Below, in pieces: positions 17,436-25,804 of a stretch of DNA of 64,000 nucleotides. Below the pieces are notes generated by a model, which was not told the origin of the DNA, ran no database searches, and saw only the letters and a list, made by a program, of their open reading frames with translations. How positions within the stretch are numbered: position 1 is the first letter of the stretch; each line of letters starts with the position of its first letter. Source of the DNA: an uncultured Zetaproteobacteria bacterium (GTDB taxonomy: Bacteria; Pseudomonadota; Zetaproteobacteria; Mariprofundales; Mariprofundaceae); NCBI GenBank assembly GCA_964628185.1, contig CAZVLQ010000003.1, positions 299-64,298 of the forward strand. The letters run 5' to 3'. A program made the translations under genes and the position numbers.

Positions 17436-18302
17436 TCAGGCGAACTCCGGGAGGATGCCGGCGGGGAACACCGGGCCGTCCACGCACACCCGGCGATAAT
17501 GCTGCTGTCCATCTTCAATCGTTCTGACCACGCAGCCGGCGCAACCGCCGACACCGCAGGCCATGTACTCTTCAAGTGAAAGTTGCACAGGAAGGCCAAG
17601 CTCCCGGCCCAGCCTCGCCACCGCATGCAGCATCGGACGGGGTCCGCAACCAAGCAGCATGCAACGGCTCCGTTCCGCATCATCCAGCGCCATGAGATAA
17701 TCCCCGGCAAGATCGGGCACATGCCCCTCGTAACAGCCATAAAGCCCCGCCCCGGAAGCCAGTCGGCAGGAAATGCCGCGATCTTCCAGTGAGGCGATGC
17801 CCAGAATCGTGTTACCGCCGATGCCGGGCAGCAGAAACTGCGAGGGTTTCAGCGCAAACGGAAACTCGATTTCCGAGCCGGCAAATACCACGGCATCCGC
17901 CTTGCCGTTCAATACGTCCGCGGCAAAGATCATCGGCGGAATGCCCACGCCGCCGCCGATCAGGATATAACGCCGCGCCGTATCGCTCAAATCAAACGGC
18001 TGGCCGATGGGCCCGAGCATCGGCAATGTTTCTCCGACCTTGCAATCGCGTAATTCCTTTGTGCCATCGCCTACAGCTTTAACCAACAGGTCAATCGTTC
18101 CTTTCCCCGGATGGGTCAGCATGATGGAAATGGGCCGCCGCAATGGCCGCTCCGGTGAAACACGGAGATGAACGAACTGGCCCGGTTTTGCATGCCCGGC
18201 GGTTTTCGGCGTTTTTAGTCTAAGGATAAACTGATTACCGGGATGATGAATATTGGCAATAACCTCAGCCTGTTCTTCAAAGATAATATTCCTATGTGGC
18301 AT
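17436..18302 (-). CDS. pyrK: PyrK-like FAD/[2Fe-2S] electron-transfer subunit (dihydroorotate dehydrogenase B family)
   Basis: FAD-binding RRPISI motif, a GGGVGIPP NAD loop and a C-terminal cluster motif ACGVGGCAGCVV. Same strand as pyrC and downstream of it. Confidence 0.7.
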   Translation of the reverse strand: MPHRNIIFEEQAEVIANIHHPGNQFILRLKTPKTAGHAKPGQFVHLRVSPERPLRRPISIMLTHPGKGTIDLLVKAVGDGTKELRDCKVGETLPMLGPIGQPFDLSDTARRYILIGGGVGIPPMIFAADVLNGKADAVVFAGSEIEFPFALKPSQFLLPGIGGNTILGIASLEDRGISCRLASGAGLYGCYEGHVPDLAGDYLMALDDAERSRCMLLGCGPRPMLHAVARLGRELGLPVQLSLEEYMACGVGGCAGCVVRTIEDGQQHYRRVCVDGPVFPAGILPEFA

Positions 18303-18559
18303 GCAATTATTCCGCCTGTTGGAGTCCTTGAAGTATTTCACAATATGAACTATCCGTCAGAAAAGATTGAAGTCCTTTTATCCAGACCACAGCCTTAGAA
18401 CCTGGTACAATGAACCATCCGTCATTTCCCCCTTTTTTCATCGGCAGCTATCGAGTCCCCCGTACTCGTAAATAGGGAACATTCCTTTGACGGGAAGAGT
18501 CGCATGCCTGGGCATCTGCTAACTATGCCACGATGCGGTTAAGTGATTTGGAAGACAAA

Positions 18560-18862
18560 TCATGCCGCCTTGGGGAGTGGTTGTATCGCTTCCAGAACAG
18601 GGGCGGCGGAGCGGCGGCTAATACGCAGATCATAGTCGGTCTGGAGATTGAGCCAGAATTGCGCTTCAATGCCAAAGCAGCGTTCCAGACGCAATGCGGT
18701 ATCGGCGGAAATGGCGCGTTTTGCGTTGACGATATTGCTGATGCGCGCCGGGGACACGCCAATACGCCGCGCCAGCGCATTGATGCTTATATTCATTGGC
18801 TTCATGAATTCTTCCATCAGGATTTCTCCGGGTGGAACAGGGTCAAGCAACTTGGTCATCAC
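18560..18862 (-). CDS. higA: HigA-family antitoxin (XRE helix-turn-helix)
   Basis: 100 aa. PPGEILMEEFMKPMNISINALARRIGVSPARISNIVNAKRAISADTALRLERCFG is the classic HigA/VapI HTH. Confidence 0.9.
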   Translation of the reverse strand: MMTKLLDPVPPGEILMEEFMKPMNISINALARRIGVSPARISNIVNAKRAISADTALRLERCFGIEAQFWLNLQTDYDLRISRRSAAPVLEAIQPLPKAA

Positions 18863-18868
18863 GGCCTC

Positions 18869-19147
18869 CTAGTGGTAATCCACGATCTCAACTTCACAGG
18901 CATTGCCAGCATGCCAGATAAAGCATATACGCCATTGCATATTGATGCTGATGGAATATTGCCCGGCGCGATCCTTGCCAAGCTTATGAAGCCTGTTGCC
19001 GGGCAGCAACCCAAGCACTTCAATACTTGGCGCGGCATGCAAAATTTTCAAACGCCGCCTGGCCTGCGCCTCAAACGCCTTGAATCTCCGAACCGACCGA
19101 TCATGGAACAGCAATTCAGTGTCGCGGCATTTGAATGACTTGATCAT
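18869..19147 (-). CDS. higB: HigB-family toxin (RelE/ParE superfamily, plasmid maintenance killer protein)
   Basis: MIKSFKCRDTELLF...LPGNRLHKLGKDRAGQYSISINMQWRICF is typical of HigB. The toxin lies upstream of the antitoxin with a 6-nt gap. Local GC looks lower by eye. Confidence 0.88.
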   Translation of the reverse strand: MIKSFKCRDTELLFHDRSVRRFKAFEAQARRRLKILHAAPSIEVLGLLPGNRLHKLGKDRAGQYSISINMQWRICFIWHAGNACEVEIVDYH

Positions 19148-19226
19148 TGTAGCAATGTATTCCGCTACGCGCAATACCTCAAGGGAAATCCACCACCTTC
19201 CGACAATTTACCCGGAAATGGCTCTT

Positions 19227-20522
19227 TTATGACGTCACTGCGCCATTCTCAAATACCACCCGTCCTGCCCTGATGGTATGTGTCACCTGCCCGGTCATCT
19301 CCTTCCCATGCCAGGGCGTATTCCTGGACCTGGAGAACAGTTTGTTCCGGTCAAGCGTCCATGTGGCATCCGGATCAAAGATGCAGACATCGGCCACGGC
19401 ACCTTTGGAGAGGGTGCCGGCATCCAGGCTCAGCAGATTCGCCGGATTGCACGTCATTTTGGCGATCAACCCGGGCATGGAAAGTGCGCCGCCGCGCACC
19501 AGATCCAGTGACACCGGCAGCATCGTTTCCAGACCGACGATGCCGAAGGCGGCGCAGGAAAGCCCGCAGCGCTTGTCATCCTCGTGATGCGGGGCATGAT
19601 CGGTGGCGATCACCTCGATGGCGCCGTCGCTTAAACCTTCGATCACCGCCTGCCGATCCGCTTCGGTGCGCAGGGGCGGGTTCATCTTGGCATCCGTATT
19701 GAAGTCAAGCACTTCTTCTTCGGTCAGGGCGAAATGATGCGGCGCGGCCTCCGCCGTAACCTTCAGTCCGGCGGTCCTGGCCCGGCGCACCAGATTCACC
19801 GCTCCCGCGGAGGAAATATGGGCGACGTGATAGCGCGCATCGGCCATACGGGCCAGCATGATATCGCGCGCCACCATGTCATCCTCGCCCTCGGCGGGCA
19901 TGCCTGCCACGCCCAGTTGCGTGGAAACCCAGCCCTCGTTGATGCAGCCGCCCCCGGTCAGATTCAGATCCTCGGCATGCTGAATGACCAGAAAACCGAA
20001 ACTCGACGCATATTCCAGCGCCTTGCGCATGACACCGCCATGCCAGACCGGCATGCCATCGTCGGAAAAGGCCACAGCACCCGCACGCGACAGTTCCCGC
20101 ATCTCGGTCAGCTCCCGGCCCTCCAGATTCCGGGTTACGGCCCCGACGGGATGGATGTCGCACAGACCGACGCACCGCGCGCGCTCAATGATCTGCCGAA
20201 TCATGCCGGCGTGGTCCAGCCGGGGCTGCGTGTTCGGCATGCAGCACATGCTGGTGACGCCGCCGGCCACGGCCGCGCGTGAACCGGATTCGATATCTTC
20301 CTTCCACTCCTGCCCCGGCTCGCGCAAGTGGACATGCATGTCCACCAGGCCGGGACAGACAATTTGATCCTGTGCGTCAATGACATGATCCGCCTTGCCG
20401 CCGGGCTTTCCGACAGCCGCAATGTGTCCGTTCCGGATCAGCACATCAGCAGCCCCGTCGATGCCGTTGGCCGGATCAACCACATGTCCGCCCCTGATCA
20501 GCAGCGTCTCGCTCACGTCCAC
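19227..20522 (-). CDS. pyrC: Dihydroorotase (long, allantoinase-like type)
   Basis: 431 aa. Motifs DMHVHLREPG, VTAEAAPHH and VIATDHAPH. GTG start overlaps the pyrB end. Confidence 0.92.
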   Translation of the reverse strand: MDVSETLLIRGGHVVDPANGIDGAADVLIRNGHIAAVGKPGGKADHVIDAQDQIVCPGLVDMHVHLREPGQEWKEDIESGSRAAVAGGVTSMCCMPNTQPRLDHAGMIRQIIERARCVGLCDIHPVGAVTRNLEGRELTEMRELSRAGAVAFSDDGMPVWHGGVMRKALEYASSFGFLVIQHAEDLNLTGGGCINEGWVSTQLGVAGMPAEGEDDMVARDIMLARMADARYHVAHISSAGAVNLVRRARTAGLKVTAEAAPHHFALTEEEVLDFNTDAKMNPPLRTEADRQAVIEGLSDGAIEVIATDHAPHHEDDKRCGLSCAAFGIVGLETMLPVSLDLVRGGALSMPGLIAKMTCNPANLLSLDAGTLSKGAVADVCIFDPDATWTLDRNKLFSRSRNTPWHGKEMTGQVTHTIRAGRVVFENGAVTS

Positions 20523-21508
20523 AAATCTCCCTGCGCCTTCCGGGCAGCAGCCGGCGCCTGGCTTTTGCTCCGCCGCCCCGCATCGGGCTGATCACCGCCG
20601 CACAGCACCGTCAGTACGGCCATGCGGATGGCGACGCCGTTTTCGACCTGATCCAGAATACGGCTTCTGGCCGAATCCGCCACCTCGCTGGCAATCTCCA
20701 CACCGCGATTCATCGGGCCCGGATGCATGACCAGACACGCATCGGCAGCCATGGCAAGCCGGCGCATGTTCAGTCCGTAGGCCTCGTGATATTCACGAGT
20801 GGACGGAAAACAGCAACCGGACGTCAATCGCTCGCTCTGAACCCGCAGCATGTACAGGCAATCCGTGCCGGGTACAGCGGCATCGAAATCATGGAATATC
20901 TCACAGCCATAGCGCTCAACCTGAACCGGTAACAGCGTTTTCGGCGCCACCAGACGCACCTTGTAATTCATCCTGGCGGCGGCAAGCAGGTGAGAATTGG
21001 CCACGCGGGAATGGGCGATGTCGCCAACGATGGTGATGGTTTTCCCGGCCAGGTCTCCCCAGGCCTGACGCAGTGTAAGCAGGTCCGTCAGTATCTGTGT
21101 GGGATGCTCATGCGCGCCGTCCCCCGCATTGACCACCGCCGTTCCCGGCAGCATCCGCGCCAGAAAGGCGGCGGCCCCGGCCAGACTGTGGCGAATCACC
21201 AGCACGTCCGGTTTCATTGCGGCCAGCGTATAGCCGGTATCCAGCAGGGACTCACCCTTCCCGGCGGCGCTGGTGGCGCTTGCAATATTGATCACATCGG
21301 CGGACAGGCGTTTGCCGGCAATCTCAAAACTGGTGCGCGTACGCGTGGAGTTCTCGAAGAAGAGGTTGACAATGGTTTTGCCGCGCAGCGCCGGCGCCTT
21401 TTTCACGCTGCGGCGGGACAGGCCAACAAAGGATTCGCCCAGATTAAGCAGGTATTCCATCTGTTCCCGCGCCAGTTCCCCGATGCCGAGCAGATGAGTT
21501 ATCCGCAT
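20513..21508 (-). CDS. pyrB: Aspartate carbamoyltransferase catalytic subunit
   Basis: 331 aa. Motifs FFENSTRTRTSFE, HPTQ and HPGPMNRG. Confidence 0.95.
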   Translation of the reverse strand: MRITHLLGIGELAREQMEYLLNLGESFVGLSRRSVKKAPALRGKTIVNLFFENSTRTRTSFEIAGKRLSADVINIASATSAAGKGESLLDTGYTLAAMKPDVLVIRHSLAGAAAFLARMLPGTAVVNAGDGAHEHPTQILTDLLTLRQAWGDLAGKTITIVGDIAHSRVANSHLLAAARMNYKVRLVAPKTLLPVQVERYGCEIFHDFDAAVPGTDCLYMLRVQSERLTSGCCFPSTREYHEAYGLNMRRLAMAADACLVMHPGPMNRGVEIASEVADSARSRILDQVENGVAIRMAVLTVLCGGDQPDAGRRSKSQAPAAARKAQGDLWT

Positions 21509-22029
21509 TATGCCTTCATCCGTTTCTGGACGATGCGCCAGTCTTTTTCCGCATGGAGCAGCTTGACCGAAGTAGCGGCCGGCGCCTCATGATACAGGCC
21601 CGCCGCATCGGCGCTGATCGGCAGTTCACGGCCACCCCGGTCGACAAGCACGGCGAGCCGTACCCGGGCCGGACGTCCATAATCGAAAATCTCACCCAGA
21701 GCGGCGCGAATGGTACGACCGGTATAGAGAACGTCATCCACCAGCCAGACGGTCTTGCCGCTGATATCGAAGGGAAGCTCGCTCGGATGCACTTCCGGAT
21801 GGGGACCGACCGTATCGAGGTCATCACGATAAAAGCTGATGTCCAGATTGCCCCGTTCCACCACAAAACCGGCACACTCCAGCCGCAACTGCAAGGCATC
21901 GGCTACGGCGGCGCCTCCACGCTGAATCCCGATCAGGCTGACCGTGGACGATGCATCAAGGGCGATGCGTTCAGCCAGGGCGGCCAGTGCCTGACTGATA
22001 GCAGCGGTGCCATAAATCGTCTCAGGCAT
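21508..22029 (-). CDS. pyrR: PyrR (uracil phosphoribosyltransferase / pyr regulator family)
   Basis: 173 aa. PRPP-binding motif VWLVDDVLYTGRTIRAA. Immediately upstream of pyrB. Confidence 0.9.
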   Translation of the reverse strand: MPETIYGTAAISQALAALAERIALDASSTVSLIGIQRGGAAVADALQLRLECAGFVVERGNLDISFYRDDLDTVGPHPEVHPSELPFDISGKTVWLVDDVLYTGRTIRAALGEIFDYGRPARVRLAVLVDRGGRELPISADAAGLYHEAPAATSVKLLHAEKDWRIVQKRMKA

Positions 22030-22489
22030 CCGTCAGCTCCGGGTGGGACGCGAGAAAGTCCTCCAGAATGACGGCGGCGGCCGTCTGGTCAATTCTTTCC
22101 CGCACCTTCTTTTCATGCAGGCCCTGTGAAAACAGCCGCTCTCTCGCCGTCCACGACGACAGGCGTTCATCCTGGAACGCCACCGGCAAGTTCGTCATCC
22201 CACGCAACAGGACCGCGGCGGCGCGGCAGTCGGCGGCCTGGAGCCCTTCCGTACCATCCATATTCACGGGAAGCCCGATCACGATACCCCGGCAACCGTA
22301 ATCGGCCGCCACCTTCAGCGCCTGCCGGGGCCAGCCGGTATCCTTGCGAAACAGGCAGGCGATGCCGCGCACGCTGATGCCCAGACGGTCGCATACGGCA
22401 ACGCCGATGCGTTTTCCGCCGATATCAAGAGCCAACAGTGGGAGTGTCAGGGGTGAAACGTCAGTAGTTGAGCAGGATGTGACTGTCAT
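22022..22489 (-). CDS. ruvX: Putative pre-16S rRNA nuclease / Holliday junction resolvase-like YqgF
   Basis: Motifs LALDIGGKRIGVAVCD and VIGLPVNMDGTEG. The start is uncertain (22489 or 22516). Confidence 0.88.
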   Translation of the reverse strand: MTVTSCSTTDVSPLTLPLLALDIGGKRIGVAVCDRLGISVRGIACLFRKDTGWPRQALKVAADYGCRGIVIGLPVNMDGTEGLQAADCRAAAVLLRGMTNLPVAFQDERLSSWTARERLFSQGLHEKKVRERIDQTAAAVILEDFLASHPELTDA

Positions 22490-23156
22490 CAAAACCGAGA
22501 TTGTGCAACGTTTCACGGCATGCGTCTACCATGGTGTTCATTCCGGCCAGGCAACCAACGGCATTTTTCCCGTCGGGAGCATCGCCGCGCAGGGCGTCCT
22601 GCACATATCCGATCGGGCCATCCCACGCAGAACTGCCCGTCGTCACGGAGACGCTGACCGCAATATCGTGCTCTGCCAGTGATTCCAGTTCATCCGTCAG
22701 CAGGCGATGGCAGGGTGAAAGAAAGCCGGCATAAATCGCCACGGTTCCATAATCATCCCTTCTGGGAATGATATCACGCCAGACGCTGCGCAGCGGCGCG
22801 ATCCCCGTTCCCACGCCGATCAGGTAGATGTCGAATCCCCTGAATGGAGAAAGGTTAAAACCCTTGCCCATCGGACCATCCACTTCCACCAGCGCACCAC
22901 GCTCAAGCTCGGACAGCAGCGCCGCGACCCCGGGCCGCTGCTTGATAACGAATTCATAGTAGCCCTTCTGATCAGGCTCTGAAGCAATGGCAAAATAGCC
23001 CGGAGGAGGCTCTTTCAAGCCCGGCAGACCGAGTCTTGCCACCCTGCCGGCTACAAACGGTTCAATGGCATCTCCAGGTACGGGTTCCAGATCAAGCTTG
23101 ATCACCACATCATCGCATTCCGGGCTGCTCAAGCGAATGGAATCTTTGACGCACAT
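22461..23156 (-). CDS. Ferredoxin-NADP reductase-like FAD/NAD(P)-binding oxidoreductase
   Basis: An FAD beta-barrel followed by an NAD loop (YFAIASEP, PMGKGF, LIGVGTGIAPLRSV). ATG at 23156; the ORF opens at 23264. Confidence 0.7.
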   Translation of the reverse strand: MCVKDSIRLSSPECDDVVIKLDLEPVPGDAIEPFVAGRVARLGLPGLKEPPPGYFAIASEPDQKGYYEFVIKQRPGVAALLSELERGALVEVDGPMGKGFNLSPFRGFDIYLIGVGTGIAPLRSVWRDIIPRRDDYGTVAIYAGFLSPCHRLLTDELESLAEHDIAVSVSVTTGSSAWDGPIGYVQDALRGDAPDGKNAVGCLAGMNTMVDACRETLHNLGFDDSHILLNY

Positions 23157-23331
23157 CGTATATGGAGAAGAATGCCTCAAATTCTGGACCTCATGAATTT
23201 CGCGATTGACTCTCGGATAGAGGGCGTCATTGCAGCGGAGATGCGGAAAATATGCAAGGAACAATTTTACCGGAAACAGTCTGGCTGGAACCGTGCATCA
23301 TCCGAACCGGCATCAAGTTGATGAACCCACT

Positions 23332-23661
23332 TCATTCATCCCCGGTCCGGGCCAATGCATTACAGGCCCAGGCGGCGTAATCCGTATCCGCCGCCACCTG
23401 CCACCAGAGAATCTCGGGCACATCGTAAGGATGATGCGCGCGCAACCAGGCAACCGCATCATTCAGCTTCCCGGCCGTGGTTTTGACGGACAGATAATAC
23501 TCTTCCGCCGACTCAACCTTACCCCGCCAGTGGTAGATCGAAAGGCCGCCACCGCTTACCTGTGCGCAGGCGGCCAGGCCGTCTTCCACCATCCGCCGGG
23601 CCAGCGACCTGGCGCCGTCCTCATCGTCAATGCCGGTTTGCAGGATATACATCGTATCCAT
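23332..23661 (-). CDS. cutA: Divalent-cation tolerance protein CutA
   Basis: About 110 aa from the MDTMY start. Motifs LAACAQV, SIYHWRGKVE and HPYDVPEI. Confidence 0.85.
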   Translation of the reverse strand: MDTMYILQTGIDDEDGARSLARRMVEDGLAACAQVSGGGLSIYHWRGKVESAEEYYLSVKTTAGKLNDAVAWLRAHHPYDVPEILWWQVAADTDYAAWACNALARTGDE

Positions 23662-23839
23662 TACGCGCAGGCTACACGTCCGTCCGGATTTTTCAGCGCC
23701 TTTGATCGTCATCCGGCGATCCGTCATGTCAAATTGTAATCGGGTTGCCGGGACCGGCCTGTCAACGACTTGCTGAAGGGCGATTTGTGTGTAAAGGTCA
23801 GTCCCGGAAATGATGACACCTGAGAAGAGAGGCAGTGGT

Positions 23840-25786
23840 ATGAGCGGAGCGATTGAATCCATCCTTAATGAAAACCGGCTTTTTCCCCCACCGGAAAATA
23901 ATGGTGCATCCTTCACCGGCATGGAAGACTATCACGCCTTGCGCCGGCGCTTTGATGCGGATTTTGAGGGCGTGTGGGGCGAACTCGCCGGCCGGCATCT
24001 GGATTGGCGCAAGCCTTTCACCCACATCCTCAACACCGAGAATCCACCCTTTTACCGCTGGTTTGAAGATGGTGAAATGAATGTGTCCGAAAACTGCCTG
24101 GACCGGCATGTGCGGGCCGGCCTGGGCGATCGTACGGCCATCATCTGGGAGGGCGAGCCCGGTGAAACAAGGCATATCAGCTATGCGGAGCTGCTGGCCG
24201 AGGTATGCCGGGCGGCCAATGCCATGAAAGCACTCGGCATCGGCCTGGGCGACCGCGTGGTGATTTATATGCCGATGATTCCCGAAGCAGCCGTGGCCAT
24301 GCTGGCCTGTACGCGTATCGGGGCTACGCATTCGGTGGTGTTCGGCGCCTTCTCGGCTCACGCCCTGCGGGAACGCATCGAGGACGCGGGCGCAAGGCTG
24401 GTGGTTACCGCCGATGGCGGCTGGCGGCGTGGCGCGGTGCATGCCATGAAGCCCAATGTGGACGCCGCGTTGCGTGAAGGATGCGAAAGTATTGCGCATG
24501 TTCTGGTGGTGCGCCGGGGCGGCAATGCCACGGACCGGGTGGCCGGCCGCGATATCGAATGGCATGAGGCGCTCGCGGCGCAGGCGGACACCTGTGATCC
24601 GGAAGCGTTAAATGCCGAACACCCGCTGTTCATTCTTTATACTTCGGGTTCGACGGGCTCGCCCAAAGGCGTCGTACACACATCCGGCGGCTATCTGCTG
24701 TGGTCCATGCTGACCATGCAATGGGTCTTCGATTTCAAGCCGGAGACGGATGTATTCTGGTGCACGGCGGATATCGGCTGGATCACGGGCCATACCTATA
24801 CCGTGTACGGGCCGCTGGCCTGTGGTGGCACCACGCTGATGTATGAAGGCGCACCGACGCACCCTGATCCGGGCAGACTGTGGAAGCTGTGCGCCGATCA
24901 CGGCGTCACCGTATTCTACACGGCGCCCACCGCAATCCGCGCCCTGATCAAGGCGGGAAATGAATGGCCGGAGAAGCACGACCTTTCCGCTCTGCGCATT
25001 CTCGGCACCGTGGGCGAGCCGATTAATCCCGAGGCATGGATATGGTATCACGAGATTATCGGCAAGGGCCGCTGCCCCATCGTGGACACATGGTGGCAGA
25101 CGGAAACGGGCGGACACATGATTTCTCCCCTGCCCTTCGCTACATCCACCAAGCCGGGATCAGCCACCTATCCGTTGCCCGGTATTTTCGCAGAGGTCGT
25201 GGATCAGGAGGGCGCTCCGGTTGGAAAAGGCCGGGGAGGCCTGCTGGTCATGAGCCGGCCATGGCCCTCCATGCTGCGCGGCATCTGGGGCGACCCGGAA
25301 CGTTACCGGGAGACCTACTGGAAGAAATTCAACGGTAAATATTATTTTGCCGGCGATGGCGCCCGCAGGGATGAGGATGGCTGTTTCTGGATCATGGGAA
25401 GGGTGGACGACGTACTCAATGTATCCGGGCACCGGCTGGGTACAATGGAAATTGAATCCGCGCTCGTGGCGCATGACGCCGTGGCGGAAGCCGCCGTGGT
25501 GGGACGGCCGGACGAGATCAAGGGTGAAGCCATTTGTGCCTTTGTCGTGCTCAAACAGGAAGCAAAGGAGGGCCTGAAGAATCTGCTGCGCCAACATGTG
25601 GCAGAGGAGATCGGACCAATCGCCAGGCCGGATGACATCCGCTTCGCGGACAACCTGCCCAAGACCCGCTCCGGCAAAATCATGCGCCGCCTGCTGCGTG
25701 ACATCGCCGCTGGACGTGAAATCAGGCAGGACGTTACCACGCTGGAAGATCACCGGGTGATTGAACATCTGCAAAGTCAGGAATAA
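23840..25786 (+). CDS. acs: Acetyl-CoA synthetase
   Basis: About 648 aa. Motifs [32 protein letters not shown] and [14 protein letters not shown]. The ORF opens at 23810. Confidence 0.95.
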   Translation: MSGAIESILNENRLFPPPENNGASFTGMEDYHALRRRFDADFEGVWGELAGRHLDWRKPFTHILNTENPPFYRWFEDGEMNVSENCLDRHVRAGLGDRTAIIWEGEPGETRHISYAELLAEVCRAANAMKALGIGLGDRVVIYMPMIPEAAVAMLACTRIGATHSVVFGAFSAHALRERIEDAGARLVVTADGGWRRGAVHAMKPNVDAALREGCESIAHVLVVRRGGNATDRVAGRDIEWHEALAAQADTCDPEALNAEHPLFILYTSGSTGSPKGVVHTSGGYLLWSMLTMQWVFDFKPETDVFWCTADIGWITGHTYTVYGPLACGGTTLMYEGAPTHPDPGRLWKLCADHGVTVFYTAPTAIRALIKAGNEWPEKHDLSALRILGTVGEPINPEAWIWYHEIIGKGRCPIVDTWWQTETGGHMISPLPFATSTKPGSATYPLPGIFAEVVDQEGAPVGKGRGGLLVMSRPWPSMLRGIWGDPERYRETYWKKFNGKYYFAGDGARRDEDGCFWIMGRVDDVLNVSGHRLGTMEIESALVAHDAVAEAAVVGRPDEIKGEAICAFVVLKQEAKEGLKNLLRQHVAEEIGPIARPDDIRFADNLPKTRSGKIMRRLLRDIAAGREIRQDVTTLEDHRVIEHLQSQE

Positions 25787-25804
25787 ACCCCCCGTTTAAT
25801 TAGT

